From IMG/VR virus record IMGVR_UViG_3300037518_000360, positions 1-29,949 of that record: a DNA stretch of 29,949 bases. The stretch is one strand, 5' to 3'. The DNA comes from a virus. Its lineage: Duplodnaviria > Caudoviricetes. The translations under genes were made by a program, and so were the position numbers. Below the pieces are notes generated by a model. The model did no database searches. It had not been told where the DNA came from and saw only the letters and a program-made list of their open reading frames with translations. Shown here piece after piece: positions 8,901 through 17,462 of the stretch; the first letter of the stretch is position 1; the number at the start of each line of letters is the position of its first letter.

Positions 8901-10991
8901 GTGCCCGAGGTCATCGCGGACAACGGCGCCACCGTCACGATCCGTAGGGACGACGGGAGCACTGTCGTCGTCGCCAAGTCGGTGTACGACCAACTCGGAC
9001 AGCCGGCCGGCGCGATGGGCGGGCTGCTGCCGCCGGCGGTCGAGGGCATGGCCGCCGGCGCCGTGCAGCCGCCGCCGCCCATGGCCACCGGCGGGGTGAT
9101 GGGCGCGGTCGGGGCAGTCGACGCGAGCGCGCCGCTACAGGGCATCGTGCCCCAGGGCGCGATGCAGCCGACCGCGGCGGGCGCGCCGCCCCCGGTCGAC
9201 ATCGTGTCGTTGCCCGCGCCGCCCAGCTTCGAGCGCCGCGGCGCACCGCAGATCCAAGGGCTCGACACGTTGCCACCGGCCGAGCTCGAGCGCGCGCAGC
9301 AGCGCGAGCAGGCTCGCGCTGCTGCCGAGGCGGACGCCGCCGAGCGGCGGGTCCCAAGCCTCGAGGACACAACCGCGTCGATCCGCCAGAACGTCCAGGT
9401 GCAGCAGGATGCGCGCGCGCGGCTCGCCGGCGTCGACGCCGCAGAGGCCGAGCAGGTCGCTGGCGCGCTCGCCGCGCAGGACACCGAGGCATCGCAGATC
9501 GAGGCCGACCAGAAGGCATCATGGGAGGCGGCGATCGCCAGCGGCAAGGAGCGCCAGGCCAAGATCGACGCCGCGGCCGAGGCGTACGACAACGCCGAGA
9601 TCGAGCCCGGTCGGCTGTGGCACGACATGGGCACGGGGCGCAAGGTCCTGGCCGGGATCGGCCTCGCGCTCTCCGCGATCGGTCAGGCGAAGTCCGGCCA
9701 GGGCGGCGTATTCCAGGGCCTCCAGGTGCTCCAGGACGCGATCGCCAACGACATCAACTTGCAGCGCGAGGCGATTCAGCTCAAGGGCGCCAAGCTCGAC
9801 AAGCAACGCGGAGCGCTCAAGGACTTCTGGGGCGTCGTCGATCGCGAGCAGGACGCGTACAACCTCGCGCTCGCGGCGAGCACCAAGAAGGTGCAGCGCC
9901 AGATCTCGATGTACGCCGCGGCCTCGGGCAAGGACCGCGTGCTGGCCAACGCCGAGATCGTCAACGCGGAGCTCCAAGCGCAGGGCGACGCGGCGCTGGC
10001 CCAGGTCGAGCAGTCGCAGTACGCTCGAGCGTTTCAGCAGGCGCAGCTCGCGCAGGCCGACGCTGCCTCGCGTCGCTCTGCGTGGGCGAGTACGCACAAT
10101 GCCAAGCTGGCCGACAAACGCGCGCGCGACCAGATGGCCCACGAGCGAGAGATGGCGACGCTCAGCGGTCAGGCCAAGCAGGCAGCCGCGCTCGAGCAGG
10201 GCACGATTCTCGACCCGAACACCGGCGCCCCGATCGGGGTGTCGCGATTCGGCAAGGACAACCTCAAGGAGGCGGTCAAGGATCAGGACACCGTCAACGC
10301 CTACGTGGGGCTGCGCGACAAGGTGAGCGCCTACAAGGCGAAGCTCAAGGAGGTCGGCGAGATCTACCAAGGGCCGTACAAGGACGCGGTGTGGGCTAAG
10401 TCGCAGGACGCCGCCGACCTCGAGGCGCTGCACATCTCCATTTTGTCGGACTACCTCAAGGCACAGTCTGGCGCCACCGCCACCGAGGACGAGCTCAAGC
10501 GTCTGCAAAAAGTCGTGCCCGGGCCCAAGTCTCTGATGCAGCGCGCCGACCCGAGCGACACCTTGGACCAGTGGGTTTCACAGCAGGACGCCAAGGTCGA
10601 GAAGTACCTGGCCGGCCGCGGCATCAACGTGCGCGACCTGACCGGCCAGTCGACGAGCGCCAGTCCAGCCGCCGGCTACAAGGCGCTGGACGCCGCCGAA
10701 CCGGGCGCCGCTGAGACCGAGCAGACGGCGGCGCAAAAAAAGATCGAGGCGCCGTACACCAAGGCTGAGAAGCTCGCCAAGAAGAAGGACTACGATAAGT
10801 TCTGGACGAACTACGCCAGCTCGACAAAAGGCTTCGCCGCGCTCACGCTACTCGACCAGGAGGCCGCCGGCGACGCCAGCGCCACGGCGATCCTCGACCA
10901 GGTGGTCAAGGACGCCAAGGACGATCTTCTCGTTGACTTCATCCGGCTGCGGCGCATGGGCACGTGGCCCGGCGACTCGGAGGGCAAGTAA
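8901..10991 (+). CDS. Internal virion / DNA ejection protein (696 aa)
   Basis: Long Ala/Gln coiled-coil with a hydrophobic segment VLAGIGLALSAIG. Position matches podovirus ejection proteins. Confidence 0.65.
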   Translation: MPEVIADNGATVTIRRDDGSTVVVAKSVYDQLGQPAGAMGGLLPPAVEGMAAGAVQPPPPMATGGVMGAVGAVDASAPLQGIVPQGAMQPTAAGAPPPVDIVSLPAPPSFERRGAPQIQGLDTLPPAELERAQQREQARAAAEADAAERRVPSLEDTTASIRQNVQVQQDARARLAGVDAAEAEQVAGALAAQDTEASQIEADQKASWEAAIASGKERQAKIDAAAEAYDNAEIEPGRLWHDMGTGRKVLAGIGLALSAIGQAKSGQGGVFQGLQVLQDAIANDINLQREAIQLKGAKLDKQRGALKDFWGVVDREQDAYNLALAASTKKVQRQISMYAAASGKDRVLANAEIVNAELQAQGDAALAQVEQSQYARAFQQAQLAQADAASRRSAWASTHNAKLADKRARDQMAHEREMATLSGQAKQAAALEQGTILDPNTGAPIGVSRFGKDNLKEAVKDQDTVNAYVGLRDKVSAYKAKLKEVGEIYQGPYKDAVWAKSQDAADLEALHISILSDYLKAQSGATATEDELKRLQKVVPGPKSLMQRADPSDTLDQWVSQQDAKVEKYLAGRGINVRDLTGQSTSASPAAGYKALDAAEPGAAETEQTAAQKKIEAPYTKAEKLAKKKDYDKFWTNYASSTKGFAALTLLDQEAAGDASATAILDQVVKDAKDDLLVDFIRLRRMGTWPGDSEGK

Positions 10992-13715
10992 GTGCCCAAG
11001 ATGCTCGACGGCTACGGCGACGTCGTCAACGTCGACATCGCCACGGCCATGGAGGCCTACCGCGCCGGCGCGCTCACTCCGCACCCCGAGGAGACGTACA
11101 GCGCGTACAACCAGAACGGCGATTTGGTGCACCTCTCCGGCGCCGAGCTCGCGCCGGCGCTGCAGCACGGCTTTCGGCTGGAGTCCGAGAGCGAGGCCGG
11201 AGACCGGCTACGCGAGCAGGCGTACGACGAGGAGTACGGTGGCACGGGCCAGGCCGTCTGGGCGGGCGTCGAGGGCTTCGCCCGCGGCGCGACCGCCGGG
11301 CTGAGCGACGCGGTCATCGGTGAGGTCGGCGACGACGAGGGCGTGGGCGAGCGACGCGCCCGTCACGCCGGCGTCGCCAGCGTCGCAGAGATCGCCGGGA
11401 TGGTCGCGCCCGCGCTCGTGCCAGGTGGCAGCGCTGTCGGTGCTGCGCTGCGCTACACGCCCGCTGGGCTGATCGCCCGGGGCGGCAGCGCGATCGCCCG
11501 GGCTGGCGCCGGCGGCGGAGCGGTCGCGCGCGCCGGCGCCGCGGCGCTCGGCGGCGCGTTCGAGGGCGCTGCGTTCTCGACTGGCCAGGGTATCAGCGAT
11601 CTGATCTTGAACGACAAGCCGCTGACCGCCGAGCAGTTCGTCGCCAGCGTCGGATCGCGTGCGTTGTACGGTGCCGCGCTCGGTGGTGTGATCGGCGGCG
11701 GACTGAGCCTGGGCGAAACGGCGATCGCCGGCGCCGGCCGCGTGGCCAGCAAGATTACCGGACGCGCCGCGAAGAAGGCTGATGATGTCCTCGGCCGGCT
11801 CGGAGAGAAGGTCGACGACGTCGCGCGCAAGGTGGACGATGTGGCCGCCGTCAAGTCGAAGATGGTCACACGCCATGCCGACACACGCCATGCCGACGTC
11901 CTCACGCGGCCGACCAAGGTGGGCGCGTCCGACGTGTCGGCGGTGATCAAGGTCGGCGACGACGCGGCCGCCGAAGCCAAGCGGCTCATCGGCTCATCTC
12001 GCTCGGCGACCGCCAGCGGAGCCGTCACCCCAATCCAGCGCGCCGATGAGATCCTCCTGACCAAGCGGCTCGACGATCTGGCCACCGCCAAGGAGGCGTT
12101 GCCCTCCGTGCTCGACAACCTCGACGACGCCGGCGCCCGGGCCATCGAGGACTACCATGCGACCGTCCGCCAGCTCGGCGAAGACCTCGGCACGATCGAC
12201 GGCGCCAGGGCCATCAATCTTCCGCCGAACCCTATCGAGCTGGCCAAGGCTGACAAGGTGGCCATCGGCGACCTGTTCCCCTCGACCGGGGCCAAGGAGT
12301 CGCTCGCCAGCATCAAGAGCGATCTCCGGCAGCGGGTCACCGACCTGGACGACTTCAGCGCGCCGGTGCTGGCCGAGGCTCGCCGCGTTGCCGTGGCGCG
12401 CAAGCCGGTGGCCGAGCTCGGCGCCACCGACCTCCGCGGACTGGTCGACGAGGCCGCCGGCGCCTCGGCCCTCGAGCGCAGCCTGGCCAAGGTGGAGCGC
12501 GCGGAGGCCAGCTACCGCGCCGCGCTGCCCGCGCCGAGCGCGGTGGACGACATCATCGCGGCTGACGCCGGTCAGTTCGCCGGAGCTATGAGGTCGCTCG
12601 AGCGCTACGAGAAAGCGCTGCGTGAGGTGTCCGAACAGCTCGACCAGGCGGTGCCGCTGGCCACCGGCGGCACGCGCATCCAGCAGCTCGACCAGGTCGC
12701 CGTGTTCCGCCCGAAGCCCAGCGCCATCGGCGAGGCGGCGACTGGACCGGCCAGCTGGGATATCGGCGACACGCTCGCCGTCGCCGACCTGGTGGGGATC
12801 GACATCTCCGATGCCCCGATCGTAGGGCAGATCCCGGGGATCGATACGTTCCTCAAGGCTCGTCTTGCGTACCGGCGGATCCGGGGCATCGGCGCCAAAG
12901 TGCAGCTCGCCGGCGGCGCCGGCCGCGTTGGCAAGGTCGCCGAGCGCGCCGCGGCGTTCAAGGATCGGGCGTCGGCTGCCGTTGACTCATTCCTCTCCAA
13001 GGCGAAGGTGGGCAAGCGGGCACTCAAGCGCGGCGCGGTGCCCACCGCGGTCGTGGCGCTCAACCGGGTGTCATACGCGCCCGAGGGCGACGGCGCCCAA
13101 TACAGCGACCCCAAGGCCGCGTTCTCCGCGCGCGCCGCCGAGCTCGCCGCAGCGACCGCCAATATCGAGCGGTTCAAAGAGCAGGTGCGAGGCCGTGTGG
13201 CGATCGACGTGCCCGAGCTGGCCGACGCGATCGCCGAGACGGCCGCCGCGAAGGTCAGTTACCTGCAGCAGGTGATCCCCAGGGACCCGCGCCCGGAGAG
13301 TCTCCTACCGCGGACGTGGGCGCCTGATAGCACGTCGATGGCGCAGTTCGTGCGATGCGTCTGGGCGGCCGAGCGACCGCTCACGGTGCTCGAGCAGGTC
13401 GCCCAGGGCCGCGTCACACCGCAGGCTGCCGAGGCGCTCAAGGCGGTGTATCCCGCGATGTTCGCCGACCTGCGCACCGAGATCGCCACCAAGGTGAGCC
13501 AGCTCAAGGACGGGCTCGACCACCGGCGCCGCGTGCAGCTGTCCACTCTCTTCGATCTTCCGGTGACCGCATCGGAGGAGCCCGAGTACATCGCCGCCGT
13601 GCAAGCCCAGTTCGCAGCGAAACCGGGCCCACAGCCAGGGGGCGGTGCTAGAATGCGAGGACTCGACCAGATGACCAGCGCGCCGACACCGCTCGAGCGC
13701 CAGTTCAATCGATAG
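10992..13715 (+). CDS. Large internal virion / DNA ejection protein (907 aa)
   Basis: GFARGATAGLSD and Gly/Ala-zipper hydrophobic segments (GAALGGVIGGGL), otherwise helical. Start is GTG at 10992 or ATG at 11001. Confidence 0.65.
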   Translation: MPKMLDGYGDVVNVDIATAMEAYRAGALTPHPEETYSAYNQNGDLVHLSGAELAPALQHGFRLESESEAGDRLREQAYDEEYGGTGQAVWAGVEGFARGATAGLSDAVIGEVGDDEGVGERRARHAGVASVAEIAGMVAPALVPGGSAVGAALRYTPAGLIARGGSAIARAGAGGGAVARAGAAALGGAFEGAAFSTGQGISDLILNDKPLTAEQFVASVGSRALYGAALGGVIGGGLSLGETAIAGAGRVASKITGRAAKKADDVLGRLGEKVDDVARKVDDVAAVKSKMVTRHADTRHADVLTRPTKVGASDVSAVIKVGDDAAAEAKRLIGSSRSATASGAVTPIQRADEILLTKRLDDLATAKEALPSVLDNLDDAGARAIEDYHATVRQLGEDLGTIDGARAINLPPNPIELAKADKVAIGDLFPSTGAKESLASIKSDLRQRVTDLDDFSAPVLAEARRVAVARKPVAELGATDLRGLVDEAAGASALERSLAKVERAEASYRAALPAPSAVDDIIAADAGQFAGAMRSLERYEKALREVSEQLDQAVPLATGGTRIQQLDQVAVFRPKPSAIGEAATGPASWDIGDTLAVADLVGIDISDAPIVGQIPGIDTFLKARLAYRRIRGIGAKVQLAGGAGRVGKVAERAAAFKDRASAAVDSFLSKAKVGKRALKRGAVPTAVVALNRVSYAPEGDGAQYSDPKAAFSARAAELAAATANIERFKEQVRGRVAIDVPELADAIAETAAAKVSYLQQVIPRDPRPESLLPRTWAPDSTSMAQFVRCVWAAERPLTVLEQVAQGRVTPQAAEALKAVYPAMFADLRTEIATKVSQLKDGLDHRRRVQLSTLFDLPVTASEEPEYIAAVQAQFAAKPGPQPGGGARMRGLDQMTSAPTPLERQFNR

Positions 13716-13723
13716 GCCAGACC

Positions 13724-13781
13724 GCCCGCCGCGACGACGCGGGCTTTCTCCCCTCAAGCCACCGGGGACCGGAGAGAGCCC
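13724..13781 (+). promoter_or_regulatory. Competing hairpins (terminator-like vs SD-sequestering) before ORF 13782
   Basis: GCCCGC(13724-29)/GCGGGC(13739-44) followed by TTTCT, overlapping GGGCTTTCTCC(13741-51)/GGAGAGAGCCC(13771-81). Confidence 0.5.
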
Positions 13782-14180
13782 ATGAGCGGCGTACAGCACA
13801 GCAGCACAGCGTCCAGGGAGCGGGTCACGCTCACAGCCGCGGCCTCACCCCACTACATCGAGCTGCCCTCGATGAAGTTCCCGCTCGCCGGGATCTTCTT
13901 GCGGTGGCACGACGCGACCAGCGAGTTCACGGTCGCTTTGCACTCGACGAACCTCCCCCGAGAGGGGCCCGAGAAAGCGGCGGAGGACGACGACGAGACG
14001 ACCGACACCGACCTCTGGTACGTCGAGACCGGCGTCGTGATCGCCGGCAACCCGGCTGCCGGCGCCAAGGGCTGCGAGATGGTCCACGTCGCCGACCTGG
14101 GCTCAGCGCGCAACCGACTGAAGATCTCCTGCACCGCAGACACCGTTCTGAGCGTGTGGCTTCACGCCAAACAGGGCTGA
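13782..14180 (+). CDS. Hypothetical beta-sandwich virion protein (132 aa)
   Basis: SD GGAG, phage-like codon usage, coupled by TGATG to the next gene. Confidence 0.7.
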   Translation: MSGVQHSSTASRERVTLTAAASPHYIELPSMKFPLAGIFLRWHDATSEFTVALHSTNLPREGPEKAAEDDDETTDTDLWYVETGVVIAGNPAAGAKGCEMVHVADLGSARNRLKISCTADTVLSVWLHAKQG

Positions 14181-15670
14181 TGCGTCACGGACCGACACAG
14201 GGCCCGCGTCACGGGCCGAACCAGGGGCCGAACATCAGTCGTGTGGCGGCCGTGCTCCGGTCCCTGACCGGCCTGCGCTTTGACCACCTCTACCCGGGCC
14301 GCAAGGAAGACGTCGGCTACAACCCGGCCGGCAAGGACTCCGACCTCGTGCTCGGCAATCAGTCGGCGGGGGCGATTGCCACCGAGGGCAACGCGGCGAC
14401 GGGCCTTGTGCCAGGCAACGGCCTCTCCGAGGTGCAGTTCGAATTCCCGTCCGTCGACTCGTACGCACGTGCGACCGACCCGACGATCGGCGACACCGCC
14501 GTGTCGATGCTCCTCCTCACGGTGTACAAGAGCACGACGGCCCTTCCGAGCGGGAGCACCGGACTCGTCGGCAAGCGCACCGTAGGCGACAGCGCCAAGG
14601 GGTGGCAGGTCGGGCACATCTCCACCGGTCCGGTCCGCAGCTTCTGGGACGAGGGCACCCCCTCGTCGAGCGAGCAGACGCTCCAGTCGGCCTGGTACGA
14701 CGACTGGTCTGTGGTCGCGACCTATCGCGACGTCGCCAACGACACGTCGATCATCCAGTCGTCGGTCCACGCCGCCGACGAGAGCCTGAATCTGAACGAT
14801 CGCGACACCACCAAGGCGGACGCGCACCTGTCGCTCAATCGCTCCGAGGTCACCGGTGGTGGACAGTCCGTGATCGCCCTCGTCGCCCTCGCCGAGGGCG
14901 ACCATCTCGACGGTATGACCGCCGCGCAGATCTACGACATCGCGATGGCCGTGCACGAGCGCATGATCGCGCCGTCGGCGAAGGTCGAGCTTTTTCGCGC
15001 GACCCACGTGGCCTGGCAGGGCATCTACGCGGGCAGCACGATCGACCTTGGCGACGTCGGGCACGACCTCACGCTCGTCGGCGACGCGGCCGAAAACGCC
15101 GCGACGACAGGGCTCGTCGCGGGCAACGGGATCTCGGAGGTCGCAATCGTGACGACCGAGGCAGATGCGACCGACGATGCTGCCGCAGCGTCGGACAACG
15201 ACGTGATGCGGTCGACCGCGACGTCGTTGCTCCTGCTCGTCGGATTCAAATCTGATCAGCTGCCAGCTGCGGGCAAATCGCTTATCGGTCACCGCGTCAC
15301 GTCCAGTCCATTCGCAGGTTGGGAGGTGGCGATCACCACTGGCGGCGCGGTGTTCGTACGCTACGACTGGGGCGCGGCCGACGCCGCGATTACGCTCGTT
15401 GGTGACCACTGCGACGATGAGTGGCACTGGTTTACTATGCTCGTCGATGCGACCGCGCTCGACATTGAGTGCGAGACCGACCTCGACACAAACGTGCCCG
15501 TCGCGATTGCCGCCGTCTCCGACGCGGCGGTGAACGGCGCGATCGGTTCACAGCGGCTCGTGGCCATGAACCTAGAGACCGCCATCGCCGTGTGGCGACG
15601 TGCCGCGGATGTCGAGGGCACCGACCTCGGCGCTTTGATTGCGTCCGTCGACGCGGCGATGGTGGCGTAA
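14180..15670 (+). CDS. Virion protein with two tandem LamG/concanavalin-A-like domains (putative receptor binding), 496 aa
   Basis: ATG overlaps the upstream stop. Internal repeat visible (AATGLVPGNGLSEV / ATTGLVAGNGISEV; GLVGKR...GWQV / SLIGHR...GWEV; YDDWSVV / DDEWHWF), matching LamG-like patterns. Confidence 0.65.
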   Translation: MRHGPTQGPRHGPNQGPNISRVAAVLRSLTGLRFDHLYPGRKEDVGYNPAGKDSDLVLGNQSAGAIATEGNAATGLVPGNGLSEVQFEFPSVDSYARATDPTIGDTAVSMLLLTVYKSTTALPSGSTGLVGKRTVGDSAKGWQVGHISTGPVRSFWDEGTPSSSEQTLQSAWYDDWSVVATYRDVANDTSIIQSSVHAADESLNLNDRDTTKADAHLSLNRSEVTGGGQSVIALVALAEGDHLDGMTAAQIYDIAMAVHERMIAPSAKVELFRATHVAWQGIYAGSTIDLGDVGHDLTLVGDAAENAATTGLVAGNGISEVAIVTTEADATDDAAAASDNDVMRSTATSLLLLVGFKSDQLPAAGKSLIGHRVTSSPFAGWEVAITTGGAVFVRYDWGAADAAITLVGDHCDDEWHWFTMLVDATALDIECETDLDTNVPVAIAAVSDAAVNGAIGSQRLVAMNLETAIAVWRRAADVEGTDLGALIASVDAAMVA

Positions 15671-15954
15671 TGGCCGATCACGACCTACAGCCAGAGACCA
15701 CGGCGCAGCGTCGTGCCCGCGTCGCAGCGCTCAAGGCCGACCGGCACGCTCGCCACCTCGCATCGCTTGATACGCGAGCGAAGGTCGACGCCGAGATCGC
15801 GCGCGTCGATGCCAAGCTCGCCGCGCTGCTCGCGTACGACGACGGTACAGATCCCGTCACCGCCGGCAACAGCGGCGTGGTCGCGCTGCAAGCGTACCGC
15901 ACTCAACTCGTCGGACTCGACGCCGCGCCGCTACCTAATCGAGGTGGCCCGTGA
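15670..15954 (+). CDS. Hypothetical protein (94 aa; possible fibre chaperone)
   Basis: TAATG overlap. MADHDLQPETTAQRRARVAAL..., helical. Confidence 0.65.
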   Translation: MADHDLQPETTAQRRARVAALKADRHARHLASLDTRAKVDAEIARVDAKLAALLAYDDGTDPVTAGNSGVVALQAYRTQLVGLDAAPLPNRGGP

Positions 15955-16094
15955 GCCCCGAGATCACACAATACGGCGCCGCGGCCGACGGGCCCGAGGT
16001 GGCGGCCGTCGACGCCCTGGTCGTGGAGCTCCAGACGGAGCGGGACCGTGAGGGGCGGGTCTCGATCGTTACACCGCTCGGGGGGCGCCCGTGA
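15951..16094 (+). CDS. Small hypothetical protein (47 aa, not in ORF track)
   Basis: SD GAGGTGG and GTGA overlaps at both ends. Translates as MSPEITQYGAAADGPEVAAVDALVVELQTERDREGRVSIVTPLGGRP. Confidence 0.55.
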   Translation: MSPEITQYGAAADGPEVAAVDALVVELQTERDREGRVSIVTPLGGRP

Positions 16095-16369
16095 ACCTCG
16101 GCGAGATTCTCCAGATCATCGACGCCGGCGGCATGGTCGGGCTCGCCCTGGTCGTGTTCATCGGGCTCAAGTGGGGGTTCACGATCTTGCGTGACGTCCT
16201 CGACGGCCTGCGCACCGACCTGCGTGAGGACCGCCGGGACTTCATTGAGGCCGTCCGAGCGAACGGCGAGCAGATCGCCAAGATTGACGAGCGAACAATT
16301 GTCATCGTCAAGCAGACCCGGCCCCCGAGGCCGATCACCATGCCGCCCAACGGTGGCACCCGGAGGTAG
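16091..16369 (+). CDS. Holin-like single-TM protein
   Basis: 92 aa with one N-terminal hydrophobic segment (GGMVGLALVVFIGLKWGF), then coiled-coil and a basic tail. Heads the lysis cassette. Confidence 0.55.
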   Translation: MNLGEILQIIDAGGMVGLALVVFIGLKWGFTILRDVLDGLRTDLREDRRDFIEAVRANGEQIAKIDERTIVIVKQTRPPRPITMPPNGGTRR

Positions 16370-16371
16370 CC

Positions 16372-16914
16372 ATGCATCGCATCATCGTGACCCTGATCCT
16401 GTTTGGCGCGCTGTGCGCGCTGGCCCCGCTCGCGTACGCAGCCACCGAGACCGAGCAGGTCCTCGTCGCCCAGGCCGACGAGCCCGCCGAGCCGACCCCC
16501 ACGTGGATGATCGTCGACGCCGGCGCCCGGGCGGAGACCGTGACAGCCGGGGAGACGAGCTCGCGGTCGACCATCGACCCCGACGATGACCCGGTGGGGT
16601 ACGCCCGGCAGCTCTTCGACGCGGTCCAGTCCGGCCAGGGCACGATCATCGTGGCCATGATCTTGATCGGCCTGGTGTACGTCGCGCGCCGGTGGGGCGG
16701 CTCGCTCGTGCCGTGGCTGCAGACCGACCGCGGTGGCGTCGCGCTCGCCGGCGGCCTCGCGCTCGTCGGAGGACTCGCCAACGCGATCCTCGCCGGCGCT
16801 ACCGTCGACCTCGACCTGGCCCTCACCGTGCTCGAGGTCGCGTTGCTGGCGATGGGCGGTTGGACCGGGGTCCGTCGTCTGCTGTGGCCGCCGGACCGGG
16901 CGGCGCCGGCGTGA
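16372..16914 (+). CDS. Membrane protein (signal peptide + ~3 TM); holin/antiholin candidate
   Basis: 180 aa, SD GGAGGT. Signal peptide ending in AYA, acidic linker, three hydrophobic helices, inside the lysis cassette. Confidence 0.6.
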   Translation: MHRIIVTLILFGALCALAPLAYAATETEQVLVAQADEPAEPTPTWMIVDAGARAETVTAGETSSRSTIDPDDDPVGYARQLFDAVQSGQGTIIVAMILIGLVYVARRWGGSLVPWLQTDRGGVALAGGLALVGGLANAILAGATVDLDLALTVLEVALLAMGGWTGVRRLLWPPDRAAPA

Positions 16915-17243
16915 CGGGTGCGGCGGCCGCCGTGCTCGTCGCGGGCTTCGCCGCGATCGCCGTGGCGGCCGTCTACTCCTGGGCGCGCCTGCGCGTCCGC
17001 GTCGCCGGCGACGAGACCGCCGCCCTCGGCGAGCTCGCCGCCCGCCGCGCCGACGAGCTTGCCCGCGCCATGGCCGCCGGCGCCGACCTCGAGGCTCACT
17101 ACCTGGTCGAGCGCGACAAGTGGCAACGCCGCTACCGCGCGCTCGCCGAGAAACACGGAGACACCGATGCGCTTGCTACTGACGCTGTGGATCGTCTTCG
17201 CGGCGGCCTGTTCGGGCCCGACGCGACACGTGACGATCGTTGA
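16911..17243 (+). CDS. i-spanin (Rz-like), 110 aa
   Basis: GTGA overlap. N-terminal TM (AAVLVAGFAAIAVAAVYSW) followed by an Ala-rich coiled-coil. A lipoprotein gene overlaps its 3' end. Confidence 0.7.
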   Translation: MTGAAAAVLVAGFAAIAVAAVYSWARLRVRVAGDETAALGELAARRADELARAMAAGADLEAHYLVERDKWQRRYRALAEKHGDTDALATDAVDRLRGGLFGPDATRDDR

Positions 17244-17430
17244 CCCGGCCGAGTGCGACCCGCCGCCCTTCCCGCCGGCGCCGATGCTGCCGTCGATCCG
17301 CGCCGCTGCCGGCGAGGTGTGCATGACCCCCGACGACGCCAGCGCGCTCGCGGACTGGGCCGACGACGTCGAGCGCTGGCAGATCCAGTGGCAGGCCGCG
17401 TGCGGTCCGCTGCCACACGAGGACGACTGA
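17167..17430 (+). CDS. o-spanin (Rz1-like lipoprotein), 87 aa
   Basis: MRLLLTLWIVFAAAC lipobox, Pro-rich stretch (DPPPFPPAP) and extra Cys residues. Starts in the +1 frame inside the i-spanin gene after GGAG. Confidence 0.75.
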   Translation: MRLLLTLWIVFAAACSGPTRHVTIVDPAECDPPPFPPAPMLPSIRAAAGEVCMTPDDASALADWADDVERWQIQWQAACGPLPHEDD

Positions 17431-17462
17431 GCCGGCTCGATGGCTGGCAGCAGGAGGGACAA

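Noticed and set aside
8901-13715. Tape-measure protein or virion RNA polymerase; also readthrough fusion at the abutting TAA/GTG (10991/10992)
   Set aside because: No tail tube or chaperone genes and no polymerase motifs. TAA is a tight stop, and abutting genes are common in this genome.
3944-15670. Diversity-generating retroelement or invertible tail-fibre cassette
   Set aside because: No reverse transcriptase, invertase or near-identical TR/VR pair seen; the LamG duplication is old and visible only at protein level.
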